A stretch of DNA of 64,000 nucleotides from Octopus sinensis (Eukaryota): the NCBI RefSeq assembly GCF_006345805.1, contig NC_042998.1, forward strand, positions 194,370,001 to 194,434,000, given 5' to 3'. Below are positions 12,057 to 23,575 of this stretch, piece by piece. Below the pieces are notes generated by a model that saw nothing but the letters and a program-made list of their open reading frames with translations, had not been told where the DNA came from and did no database searches. Within the stretch, counting starts at the first letter, position 1, and each line of letters starts with the position of its first letter. Both the position numbers and the translations under genes were made by a program.

Positions 12057-12270
12057 CAAAAGATTTGTGTCCACGCTCCAACGCCAGTCAGACATTGATG
12101 AAGCAGAAGTGTCAGCTGCAACAGAAGACTGTGACAAGTTCCTCCAGCAAGCCATTGTAAACTTCCTCAAATGTCTTCACTTTGGTGACCATCACAATCT
12201 TCACATATTCACATTTGTTTCTCTCTGGTTTGATAATGCTCGATCTCCAAATGTCACAAAACTTCTACGG
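12057..12270 (+). CDS. ATM: ATM exon, FAT (KRFVSTLQRQSDIDEAE...AIVNFLKCLHFGDHHNLHIFTFVSLWFDN...LLR)
   Basis: ttgcag acceptor, gtgagt donor; aligns to human RYTVKVQRELELDE...VFRLCSLWLEN. Confidence 0.95.
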
Positions 12271-12841
12271 GTGAGTAGTAAACATTTCCATTTTGTTCTG
12301 TTGAATGAATTCTAAAGAAAAATGTAAATTTTTTTTTTTGTTTTTCTGTCTTTTGGTGTATAGAGATGTAACCTATGAGATTAAACCCAAGGCCTGCTTT
12401 CTTTTAGAATCATGTTGTGGTGGATGAATGAGCAAAGTCATTTTAGGCTTGAGAAGACCTAGTCTTGTCTTGGCAGGGACTTCACATCCTTTCTAGTACT
12501 GATGCTTTAGAAAAATGTGTTTGTTACACTCTAAAGTGGTTGATTGATGAGCAGAGACTTTGATGAGTTCAAGAGGGTCCTTTAGTCTTGTCTTGTTAAG
12601 GATATGATGACCTCTGTAGTGCTGATGCCATGAAAAAACACATCCAGTAAACTCTGTAAAGAAGTTGGTGTTAGGAAAGCATCTGGTGATAGGAACCTTG
12701 CCAAATGAAATTTAATGAAAGAGGCAAGGTCTCATAGCTTTCTCTTGGAAAATGGTAACCAAAACAAATTTGGGCTGTGTTGGACTGTCTAACCCATACC
12801 AACTTGGAAAATGAACATAAGAGAAAATGATGAATTATTTA

Positions 12842-13207
12842 TCTCTATATATATAAACGGCAAAATGTCTGTCTGTGTGTGTGTCCTTTATACAAATCCA
12901 CAATTTTTCAGTTAGAGGGCTCGCACTTTCTATGGTCATTCAAAACTGTCCAAGGGTGGTGGTGCACATCTTTACATTTCCCCAGTCACCTGCAAAGCCA
13001 TAAAAAATCAATAAAAGTGACTTTTTTGTGAATTTTCTATCCAAAATCCACTCAAAATGCCCGAAACTTGATACGCCAATTGAATGCCAGCTAGCTGTAT
13101 GTGATTGGTCGGAGATTTGGACAGTACTCGCGTGTATGTGCGCACGCACGCAGTTGTATATACATGCACTAGCACTATGACCCGGCGTTGCCAGGTCATA
13201 GTGCTAG
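12842..13207 (+). mobile_element. Non-autonomous Helitron
   Basis: A|TCTCTATATATATAAA start, terminal hairpin, CTAG|T end. Confidence 0.8.
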
Positions 13208-13628
13208 TGAATTAATAATTCACTTAGATCAACTTCAGCTCATTTCATCAATACATGTACACAACTAAGATTTGTGCAGTTGTGCCAAGAGTAGCAAATT
13301 GGTTGAATCGTTAGAGCATCAGACAAAATGCCTTGTGATATTTAGCTACATCTCTTTACATTCTGGGTTCAGATTTCACTGAGGTCAGCTTTGTCTTTCA
13401 TACCTCTAGGTTTTGATAAAGTAAGTAGTAGACACGTACTGGGTCTGATTTAACCACCTACCCACTCCTCCAAACTTTCAGAGCTTGTGTCTGTGTTACA
13501 AACACATCTTGTGTTAGACAGAATCATTGAAATGTTGGACAAAATGCCTTGCTGTATTTGTTGAAGTTGTTTTAATTATCTAAAATGTATTACAGAATTC
13601 CTCTCTCAGGTAAATACAAGATTAACGA

Positions 13629-13632
<4 letters not shown>

Positions 13633-13665
<33 letters not shown>

Positions 13666-13832
13666 GTTTAACGTTCGTTCTCCATGCTAGCATGGGGTGG
13701 ATGGTTTGACCGGGGATCTGGGAAGCCAGAAGGCTGCACCAGGCTCCAGTCTGATCTGGCAGTGTTTCTACAGCTGGATGCCCTTCCTAACACCAACCAC
13801 TCCGAGAGTGTAGTGGGTGCTTTTTACATGCC
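13633..13832 (-). mobile_element. RTE-LINE 3' end copy
   Basis: Long (CAT)n, core. Confidence 0.85.
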
Positions 13833-13890
13833 ATTTATCTATTGAAATATTTTCATACCATGACTTTTTATGAAGATGATTTCATGACCA

Positions 13891-14295
13891 CTGCTATGCT
13901 TGAGGAGACTTATTGAGTCAAGTACATCACCATCAACATCAAAAATCAAATGGAAATTGCAGTTGTAATACCTGTGCCGGTGGCACATGAAATGCACCAT
14001 CCGTATATGGCCAATGCCAGCGCCGCCTTGACTGGCTTCCATGCCGGTGGCACATAAAAAGCACCAACTGATCGTGGCGTTTGCCAGCCTCCCCTGGCAC
14101 CTGTGCTGGTGGCACGTAAAAAGCACCCACTACACTCATGGAGTGGTTGGCGTTAGAAAGGGCATCCAGCTGTAGAAACACTGCCAGATCAGACTGGAGC
14201 CTGGTGCAGCCTCCTGGCTTCCCAGACCCTGGTCGAACCGTCCAACCCATGCTAGCATGGAAAACGGACGTTAAACGATGATGATGATGATGATG
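13891..14295 (+). mobile_element. RTE-LINE 3' end copy
   Basis: Units, core, (GAT)n. Confidence 0.85.
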
Positions 14296-14889
14296 AGAAA
14301 CAAAGGATATAATATTTGTCCACTGGTCGATGACTAGAAGAGGTATTTCATGTATAGACCAACAGATGTGTGATATATAGATCAACAGACATTTGGGATA
14401 GACTAATAGATGTGTTGTATATGTTCCAGCAGATATATGATATATAGGATAAAAGATCCCCTTCAGTCATGAATGACCATAAGATTGCCCCTAGAAAGTT
14501 ACCCTCCAAGGTATAACTCCAGGCAAGGTCGTTTATGGAAAACCAGCAGTTGCCCATGCATACCAGCTTTCCCTCTCCATGACCCTGATGCTGTCCAAGG
14601 GAAAGGCAAAGGCCAATACAGCTTGGTACCATTGACATTGCAAGTATTGGACATACGCACTATTTAATGTCTCTACCAGAAATGACCTATCTACCATTCA
14701 AACAGCATTGAAAAGCCTTTAACAACTTGTAAATGTTCATATTCATCACTTGAAAAGTGGAGGTTACTTTCAGAAATTAATAATTCCTGAAGATTTTGCT
14801 TTTGTATTCTATCCTGTATCTGTGACTCCTATTTAACTACACAAACATTTTCATGTTTCAAACATTGTGTTCTGATTGATTTATTGCAG

Positions 14890-14997
14890 AAATATAAAAT
14901 AACTTATGTGAAAACTTGTAAATTCCTTCCTTTGATGTACCAACTTGCTGCTAGAATGGACTCACATGAAACACCATTTCAGATATTACTGAATGAG
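14890..14997 (+). CDS. ATM: ATM exon (KYKITYVKTCKFLPLMYQLAARMDSHETPFQILLNE)
   Basis: ttgcag/gtacat; KFLPLMYQLAARM identical to human ATM. Confidence 0.97.
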
Positions 14998-15044
14998 GTA
15001 CATCTGTCTTTTTTTTTCACAGTTTTATATCCATTTTATGTTAT

Positions 15045-15410
15045 ATCATCATCATCATCATCATCGTTTAATGTCTGCTTTCCATGTTAGCATGGGTTGG
15101 ACGATTTTGACTGAGGGCTGGCGAACCAGATGGCTGCACCAGGCTCCAATCTTGATCTGGCAGAGTTTCTACAGTTGGATGCCCTTCCTAACGCCAACCA
15201 CTCCGAGAGTGTAGTGGGTGCTTTTTACGTGCCAGTCAGGCGGTACTGGCAATGACCTCGCTTGAATCTTTTTGCACATGCCACTGGCACAAGTGCCAGT
15301 AAGGTGACGTTGGTAACGATCATGCTCGAATGGTGCCCTTTTATGTGCCACCGGCACGGAAGCCAGTTAGCCGCTCTGTCAACGATCACACTCGTATGGT
15401 GCACTTATAT
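15045..15410 (-). mobile_element. RTE-LINE 3' end copy
   Basis: (CAT)n, core, units; begins ~47 bp after the exon donor. Confidence 0.85.
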
Positions 15411-15688
15411 ATATATATGTGGGATGTGGTTTTTGTTTAACCCCAGGTCAACCTATCAAACGGACCTAAGTTCAAAGTGATCCAACCATGATCATCCTAT
15501 CTTTTGTGCAGACACAGTGATTCTTAGTTTGCATTTTGTACTTTACTATTTTAATATGGTAGAGTAAGATTTGGCTGTTAATTCTGGCCAGGTCAAAAAC
15601 TCTACAAAGGTTCCCTTGTGGACCTACCTAGCCTATGTGGTTGATACTGTTGCTGTTTAGCCCCAAACTGTGATCCCAATCAGTGGTG

Positions 15689-16150
15689 TATCATCATCAT
15701 CATCATCATTTAACGCCCGCTTTCCATGCTAGCATGGGTTGGATGGTTCAACTGGGGTCTGGGAAGCCAGAAGGCTGCACCAGGCCCAGTTTGATCTGGC
15801 AATGTTTCTACGGCTGGATGCCCTTCCTAACGCCAACCACACCATGAGTGTAGTGGGTGCTTTTTACGTGCCAGACGAGTCTGGCAAATGGCCACGATCG
15901 AATGGTGCTTTTTATGTGCCACTGGCACGGGGACCAGGTGAGGCTGGCAACGGCCACGAACGGATGGTGCTTTTTACGTGCCACCGGCATGAGGCCAGTC
16001 GGGGTGGCGCTGGCAACGGCCACGAACGGATGGTGCTTTTTATGTGCCACCGGCACGGGGGCCAGGTGAGGCTGGCAACGGCCACGAACGGATGGTGGTG
16101 CCAGACGAGTCTGGCAAACGGCCACGAACGGATGGTGCTTTTTAACGTGT
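15689..16150 (-). mobile_element. RTE-LINE 3' end copy with expanded unit array
   Basis: Repeated GGCCACGAACGGATGGTGCTTTT units. Confidence 0.85.
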
Positions 16151-16367
16151 ATCAAAGACTAGATTATATAGGGTGAGATTTGAGAGAAATTTAGCTAGCT
16201 GTTGAGTGATTATATAGTGCCCATGTTAGATCTTGTGTCAGACATGACCTGCTACACATTGCATCCTAACATTATAAAGTACCGTACATATAATACAACA
16301 CTTTATTCTTATTGATGTATTTACTGTGTTTTTATCTTTATGTCATATCTTTTTTTTTTTAATCCAG

Positions 16368-16514
16368 ATCTTAAGTAAAGTGACACAAGACCATCCTCAC
16401 CATGTCCTCCCCATTATCATGGCATTAGCCAACAGTCATGAAGATAACCAGTATCTGCAAGTATTTAAGACAAAAACTGAGACTCATACTGATGGGGAAG
16501 GTCTCAGTTATCAG
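16368..16514 (+). CDS. ATM: ATM exon (ILSKVTQDHPHHVLPIIMALANSHED...SYQ)
   Basis: atccag/gtgaga; matches human DHPHHTLFIILALAN. Confidence 0.96.
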
Positions 16515-16839
16515 GTGAGATTTTCTTTTTTTGTTCTGTAAACTCTTCAGTGAATTACTATATCAGCTTGTACAGGTGTTGAGGTTGCTCTGTGACCAGT
16601 CCTCAAATCTGGGGGTTAATCCTTCTGCTCTGTAAAAACATTTCTTACCAAGTAAACATTAATAGAAAGTAAAACAAGCGAGGCTCTTTACATACTGCAC
16701 TGATGGCATCCTATGATCCCAGGTTACAAAAACGATGATACTCTTCACACAGGGTCCAATTGTGCAACAGACAGTCTTGATTTTCTGAGTACTTTAATGA
16801 CTAGGATTGCAATTCCTTAGGACAGCCTGCTGTGCTAAC

Positions 16840-17064
16840 CTTGGATCGTAGAGTGACCCGCTGTTCTTGAGGAGACCTATTGAGTCAAGTACGTTAACAC
16901 CAACATCAAAATGAAAATCAGATGGAAATTGTAGTTAAGATACCCGTGCCAGTGACACGTTAAAAGCACTGACTGAACGTGGCAGATGCCAGCATGGCCT
17001 GACTGGCGTCCGTGTCAGTGACGTCACCGGCTTGGGTATCTGAACTACAATTTCCATTTGATTT
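16840..17064 (+). mobile_element. Internal RTE 3'-UTR fragment ending in an inverted duplication
   Basis: CTTGAGGAGACCTATTGAGTCAAGT module plus units; no tail. Confidence 0.75.
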
Positions 17065-17389
17065 AGTAATTTGTATCTAGAGTTAAGCCTATCATGATGG
17101 TAGATTGTTCTTATTTAATTTCCTGGAGTATTTTCAATTCTGCCTATTGTGGATACACTGTCCTCAGACCAGCCAGTATCCCTTTTCTATGTCTCACCAG
17201 ACTTAACAAATTTCTTGTCTGTCTGTCATCATGTGATGCGGAATCACAATTCAAGGAATTTACAATGTGTGTGTGTGTGTGTGTGATTTTATCTACAGTT
17301 ATTAATGGTTATTTTGAAGTTAGTTTGCTAAAAAATAAGACATTGACACGGAAGTGACATAAATCTGCAGATCATAGTGCATAAGCTAA

Positions 17390-18368
17390 GTAAAATCATG
17401 GCCATCCATAGATACAGGCTTGTCCTTTACACCCATGCTCCCCTCCCATACACACACTGAAAATCTGTCCTCTGTCAGAACCCCGCCCCCATGATCTATC
17501 TCCCACCTCCATCCCACCATCCATGGCCACCACCCACTGCAATCACCTTCACTACCCCTCATGTACCTACCCTCACATTCTCCATGCTTTGACTTATCTA
17601 TCATACCCCTTCCCAGCCACTCCACTTTCCATCACCACCACTTTCTACGGCCAACTCTTCTTCATCTCTAAACATCTCTGCTCACACTCTTATGCAACAT
17701 CCCTCTATATCACCTCTCGACCATTTATACTCCCCCACCACTGTTTCATCATCTATTTCTCTTGCTTTATCTTTCTCTCTAACACTCTCCCCTTACTCTC
17801 CTACTGGTGTAGCCAAGTATCTCCTCTATAGCAAGACACTTATCTCTCTCTCTCTATTACACTTCAACACCTCAACTGGCTCCACTCCCTCTCCCAACCA
17901 AGAGGTCTTTGTCTTGTAAGTTACAAGTGACCCTGCTGGTGTTAATGCTACACCTAGTATGCGCTGTAAAGTGATTGGTGTTAGAAATGGCATCCAGCCA
18001 TAGAAACCATGCCAAAACAGACAATGGAACCTGATGCAGCTCTCTGGCAAGCCTAGATCTTGTCAAACCTATTTCTTTACCACCCACAAGGGGCTAAACA
18101 CAGAGAGGACAAACAAGGACAGACAAACGGATTAAGTCGATTATATCGACCCCAGTGCGTAACTGGTACTTAATTTATCGACCCTGAAAGGATGAAAGGC
18201 AAAGTCGACCTCGGTGGAATTTGAACTCAGAACGTAACGACAGACGAAATACTGCTAAGCATTTCGCCCAGTGTGCTTAACGTTTCTGCCAGCTCGCCGC
18301 ATTGTCAAACCATCTAACCCATGCCAACATGAAAAATGCATGTTAAATAATAATAATAATAATAATAA
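17390..18368 (+). mobile_element. Older C/T-rich repeat ending in an RTE-type core and tail, interrupted by SINE B
   Basis: GTGATTGGTGTTAGAAATGGCATCCAGCC core; tail resumes at 18302. Confidence 0.6.
18070..18301 (-). mobile_element. tRNA-derived SINE family B
   Basis: Reverse of GGCGGCGAGCTGGCAGAAACGTTAAGCAC...GTTCAAATTCC; TSD TTGTCAAACC at 18060-18069 and 18302-18311. Confidence 0.9.
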
Positions 18369-18409
18369 TTTATTTATTTATTTATTCATTTATTTTCCTG
18401 TTTTCCCAG

Positions 18410-18551
18410 AACCGAGTAAATGCTGCTAAACAGTTGCTGAATAAACTGTCCAAATCTAAAATTGGAGATTGTGTAAGGGAGATGATGGATTTATGTAAAG
18501 CCTATATCGAACTGGCCTACTTTTCAGTTCAGAAATTCAAGATAAAAACAG
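18410..18551 (+). CDS. ATM: ATM exon (NRVNAAKQLLNKL...MMDLCKAYIELAYFSVQKFKIKT)
   Basis: tcccag/gtaaga, phase 0-1; matches human DRTEAANRII...LCDAYIILAN. Confidence 0.95.
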
Positions 18552-18861
18552 GTAAGACTTTTAAAAACCATTTTCAGATTTATCCCTCCCTGGTGTTTAT
18601 TTACTGGTCTATAACAAATTCCAACCAGATCCTCTGACTAGCTGTGATTAGCTCTTAAACTGGTAACCATCCTATAACTGGCTGTGACAAAATTCTATAG
18701 CATGCTATTACTAGATCCTATAACTGGCTGTGATATAATAAATACAACTGAATGAAATGTCTTTACTACCGCACTACATATCCTTATTAACAGACTGTGG
18801 CCTAGACAACATGACCTCACTGCCACTTGCAGAAAATTTTAAAGTTCATTTCTTTCACTAA

Positions 18862-19491
18862 TTCACTTGCCTCAACAGGCAAATCCAAATCCAAATCAAA
18901 GACCTGTTGAGGCAAGTGAAATCCAAATCAAAATCAAAATCAAATTTGATGACTGGCATCCGTGGTAGCGGAGTGCAAAGAGCACCATACGAGTGTGATC
19001 GTTTGACAGAGCAGTTAACCAGCTTCCATGCCAGTGGCACTTAAAAGGGCACCATTCGAGTGTGATCATTACCAGCGTCGCCTTACTGGCACTTGTGCCC
19101 GTGCTAGTAGGGTGCCAAGAGCACCATCTGAGCGTGATCGTTGCCAGACCAGCCAACTGGCTTCCGTGCTGGTGGCATGTAAAAGGGCACCATTCGAGTG
19201 TGATCATTACCAGCGTCGCCTTACTGGCAACTGTGCTGGTGGCATGTGTAAAAAGATAGGAGCGAGGTCATTGCCAGTACCGCCTGACTGGCCCCATGCT
19301 GGTGGCACATAAAAAGCACCCACTACACTCTCGGAGTGGTTGTCGTTAGGAAGGGCATCCAGCTGTAGAAACTCTGCCAGATCAAGATTGGAGCCTGGTG
19401 CAGCCATCTGGTTCACCAGTCCTCAGTCAAAATCGTCCAACCCATGCTAGCATGGAAGGTGGACGTTAAACGATGATGATGATGATGATGA
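18862..19491 (+). mobile_element. RTE-LINE 3' end copy with a 5' fold-back
   Basis: Units of the CCATTCGAGTGTGATC subtype, core, (GAT)n. Confidence 0.85.
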
Positions 19492-19624
19492 TTACTTATT
19501 ATCAAAGAAAATTTTAAGGCCTCTTATCTTTTATAGAAATCTCTTTCTGTCCATAGACCTCTCCCCACCACATATTCTATATTTCTCTCAGTTGCTTGTC
19601 TAATGGTTCTCTTCTTTCATCCAG

Positions 19625-19707
19625 GCGCTATACCTTTACCTGACTCCTTAGAACTTAACAAACAGAAAAATCTCTGTCATGTTGCTGTGGCAACTGCATT
19701 TATCCCA
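19625..19707 (+). CDS. ATM: ATM exon (GAIPLPDSLELNKQKNLCHVAVATAFIP)
   Basis: catccag/gtgagt, phase 1-0; matches human [22 protein letters not shown]. Confidence 0.9.
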
Positions 19708-20386
19708 GTGAGTATTCTTTAAGAGATTCTTTCAAATCTTCACATCACTTACTGCCGTATGTAATATTTTGTGGTCCCACTGATTTCATTGTTTGAAAGC
19801 TGGTTCATTTTCCACCTTGTCCTATAATTTTTTATTTTCCATCAGTCATCAGATGACTATTTCCAATTACTTATCTATGACATACAGGTGTTGCAGAATA
19901 GTGATTGCAGGTAGTGGTGGTTTTAGGAAAGATAATTATAGAAATTTGGTGGAAAAAAAGACGCATTGTAAGAGTGTTGGTGAGAGTGTGAGAAGTGATA
20001 GTGAAAGTAAAAGATTACTGTAGAAGTGATGGTGGGTGTGAGGTTACGGTTGGGTTGAATGGTAGCAGAAATGTAGGAGTGATAGTAGAAATGAGAGATT
20101 ACCATAGGGGATGGTGAGAGTGAGATTACTGTAGGATGATGATGGGAGTGGGTTAATGGTGCTTGGGAATGAATGTGAAATAGCAGAAAGGGTAGATAGT
20201 ACAAAAAAGAGAATGGAAGCCCCCACACTGATTTTGACCCCATCCTTCTAGATGATTTGTGAAGATAGTTTGGTTGTATAAGATAAACGGCTGATTGAAA
20301 CTTTAAAAATTTAATTGCAAATTTTCAAAGAGTTATGAATCTTGTAATCCTCATGCGTACTTTACCATTCCTTATGTGTGATTTAG

Positions 20387-20527
20387 GTGCAGCAGGATGG
20401 CAACTATTCAGACATTCCTTATATCATTGGCTTTGACAACACTTTCAAGTTAGCTGGTGGCATCAATTTACCAAAAATCATTCAGTGTCGTGGATCCAAT
20501 GGCAAGTCATACAAGCAGCTTGTTAAG
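20387..20527 (+). CDS. ATM: ATM exon, kinase N-lobe (VQQDGNYSDIPYIIGFDNTFKLAGGINLPKIIQCRGSNGKSYKQLVK)
   Basis: atttag/gtaaaa; AGGINLPKII motif. Confidence 0.97.
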
Positions 20528-20659
20528 GTAAAAAAAAAATAATGAATTCTTATATCAGCACAAGGACACAAATTTATAAGGGAGAGTTACAGTTGATTAA
20601 AATCAACTGCACCACCTACAAAATTCATACTGATTTCACTGACCCTAGATAGATAAAAT

Positions 20660-21062
20660 GTGAAGTTCTCAAAGCACCACCTTGACTGCCTTCCTTGTCG
20701 GTGGCACGTAAAAACCACCAACCAATCGTGACCATTGCCAGCCTCCCCTGGCACGTAAAAAGCACCATCCGAACGTGGCAGATGCCAGCGCTACCTTGAC
20801 TGGCTTCTGTGCCGGTGGCACGTAAAAAGCACCAACCAATCGTGGCTGTTGCCAGCCTCCCCGGCACCTGTGCCAGTGGCATGTAAAAAGCACCCACTAC
20901 ACTCTCAGAGTACTTGGCGTTAGGAAGGGCATCCAGCTGTAGAAACACTGCCAGATCAGACTGGAGCCTGGTGCAGCCTCCTGGCTTCCCAGACCCCGGT
21001 CGAACCGTCCAACCCATGCTAGCATGGAAAGCGGACGTTAAACGATGATGATGATGATGATG
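20660..21062 (+). mobile_element. RTE-LINE 3' end copy
   Basis: Units, core, (GAT)n. Confidence 0.85.
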
Positions 21063-21520
21063 AGTATAATGGGACATAACCAAATATCTTGATTTCATCC
21101 AATGCTCTACTCCAATACCACTCCAGTGCTTTATTAAAGCTATATAGGAAATTGAAGTAGGCACTTCAGTCTCCACAAGTATGGTTTGGCATTCAGATCT
21201 CACAAACATCAACCTAGTTTTTCATTCCACATCAACTTCATCATCATCATTATCATCATCACTACCAGCAGCAGCAGTATAATTGCTGTTGTCATCATTC
21301 TCATCATCAGATCACATCATCATAAGTGTTTCCATGTCAGTATACGTCACACAAATCTACAATACTTCTCTTCAAATATCTTGAGCTTTTGTCTTCTTAT
21401 TTGTCTTTACACAACCACTGGGTCGATAGTGATACTGACTTATCACATACTGTCACAGTATATGTTATAAATGAGGTGGTACCGGTCTCTTACATACTAT
21501 TACAATATATAGTCTATGTG

Positions 21521-21740
21521 TAAGGCGGTGAGCTGTCAGAAACGTTAGCATGCCGGGCAAAATGCTTTGTGGTATTTTGTCTGTCTTAACGTTCTGAGTT
21601 CAAATTCCACCGAGGTCAACTTTGCCTTTCATCCTTTCAGGGTCAATAAATTAAGTACCACTTGCATACTGGGACAATCAAATTGACTGGCTCCCTCCCC
21701 GAAAATTTTGGGCCTTGTGGCTAGAGTAGAAAATAATATA
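21521..21740 (+). mobile_element. tRNA-derived SINE family B
   Basis: AAGGCGGTGAGCTGTCAGAAACGTTAGC...GTTCAAATTCC. Confidence 0.85.
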
Positions 21741-21789
21741 TGTTCTAAGTGTGATTGGAGCTAAGTTGTTAATAAACTTTTAATTACAG

Positions 21790-21906
21790 GGACGAGATGA
21801 CCTGAGACAAGATGCTGTGATGCAGCAAGTGTTTGGTTTAGTAAATGAACTTCTTAACGATGACCCAGATGCTCGCAAAAGGCAGTTAAAGATCCGTACT
21901 TACAAG
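21790..21906 (+). CDS. ATM: ATM exon, kinase ([39 protein letters not shown])
   Basis: ttacag/gtaaga; [15 protein letters not shown] identical to human. Confidence 0.98.
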
Positions 21907-22420
21907 GTAAGATTTTATCAGCTTGATCACAGTCAAGAAGTGAACTCTAACTGCCCAATAGTAATATCTTCACTGTACACAACGTACACAACGAGCACAA
22001 ACTGACTCAAACTCGCTCCTACACATGTCAAAATTAAACAGAGAATACAACCTGGCAACCACACCAGACTCTGAGAGTGGAGTCTTCGACTTGGCCTGAG
22101 CATGGACTCAAACTCAAATGAAATGAAATGTACATATATTTTATCAATTCCACATCTAGTGTCTCTAAAACAGTGTGGTACTTTTGTTTGCTGTATGAAT
22201 TTCACTTGAAATTATCTAAAATATTTTGTACTTGGTCGATTTGCTCGACTAAAGGCGGTGCTCCAGCATGGCCACAGTCACATGAGTGAAACAAGTAAAA
22301 GAGTAAAAGACTATGTTTATCGTATCATTCTTGCAATCTCTGCAATGACATTGGTCAAGCTTTGTATTAGTATTTTCCCTTCACTTAGATTGCTATATGA
22401 GTAATGACTTGACCTGTGAA

Positions 22421-22720
22421 GGCACATGGCGTAGTGGTTAGAGCAACGGACTCGCAGTCGAGGGATCGCGGGTTCGAATCTCAGACCGGGCAATGTGTGT
22501 GTATATGAGTGAAACACCTAAGCTGCACGTGGCTCCGGCAGAAGGTAATGGCGAACTTCTGCTGACTCTTTCGCCACAACTTTCTCTCACTCTTTCCTCC
22601 TGCATCTTGCAGTTCACCTGCGACGGACCAGCGTCCCGTCCAGGTAGGGAACCTATATGCCAAGGAAACCGGGAAACCGGCCCTTATGAGCCAAGCATGG
22701 CTTGAGAAGGAACAAACAAT
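22421..22720 (+). mobile_element. tRNA-derived SINE family C with a V-domain-like 3' part
   Basis: A box TGGCGTAGTGG, B box GTTCGAATC, shared body CTCTTTCGCCACAACTTTCTCTCAC, then GACGGACCAGCGTCCCGTCCAGG. Confidence 0.8.
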
Positions 22721-23044
22721 GACTTGACCTGATCTGCACCCTTAAGAGAACATTTCAGTATATTCAGAAATGTTATCTTGTTAGAAACACATGAGGATTG
22801 GTGAAAGGAAGGACACCCAGTGGTAGAAAACCCTGCCTCAATAAACTCTGTCCAACCCACGCAACCATGAAAATGTGGACACTAAAATGACGATGCTGTT
22901 ATGTGCATATTAATCAAATGATAAATGTGTATGAAATTAAGTGGGGTCGTTCCAGTATTTTGCAGCAATTGCCTTAATAGGTTATATTAAGATCAGCTTA
23001 GACCTGCCATCATTTACTAAAGTGATGGTAGCAGTATAATTGTC

Positions 23045-23295
23045 ATCACATCATCATAAGTGTTTCCATGTCAGTATACGTCACACAAATCTACAATACT
23101 TCTCTTCAAATATCTTGAGCTTTTGTCTTCTTATTTGTCTTTACACAACCACTGGGTCTATAGCGATACTGACTTATCACATACTGTCACAGACTGGACC
23201 TTGTGCAGCCTCCTGGCTTCCCAGACCCCAGTCGAACCGTCCAACCCATGCTAGCATGGAAAGCGGACGTTAAACGATAATGATGATGATGATGA
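23045..23295 (+). mobile_element. Composite insertion: 148-bp copy of ATM intron 21311-21458 fused to an RTE 3' tail (23193-23295)
   Basis: 146/148 identity read directly; RTE end CCCATGCTAGCATGGAAAGCGGACGTTAAACG(GAT)n. Confidence 0.8.
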
Positions 23296-23425
23296 TAGCA
23301 AGGGAGTTATGGCCCCAAGCTCATTTCCTCCAACTTATAGTTTTTTATCAACTTTAATTCAACTTTCTTCTTAATATCTCGAACCACTTGCTGGTAAGAC
23401 ATTTCTTTAATAATTATTGTTTTAG

Positions 23426-23575
23426 GTGATTCCATTGTCACAAAGGAGTGGCCTCCTGGAATGGTGTGAAGGAACTCAGCCCCTGGGAGAATATCTTATT
23501 GCCAAAGATCAAGGAGCCCATCAAAAATATCGACCTAAAGATTGGACAGCTGGAGAATGTCGTCAGAAGTTAACT
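23426..23575 (+). CDS. ATM: ATM exon, kinase (VIPLSQRSGLLEWCEGTQPLGEYL...ECRQKLT)
   Basis: ttttag/gtgagt; PLSQRSG.LEW motif. Confidence 0.98.

Noticed and set aside
15840-16140. Regularly spaced repeats resembling a CRISPR array
   Set aside because: Eukaryotic intron; the units are contiguous retroelement UTR repeats without unique spacers; no cas genes.
22421-22490. tRNA gene candidates (also 2091, 6748, 28040-28107)
   Set aside because: Incomplete cloverleafs that run into repeat bodies; these are SINE or element heads, not tRNA genes.
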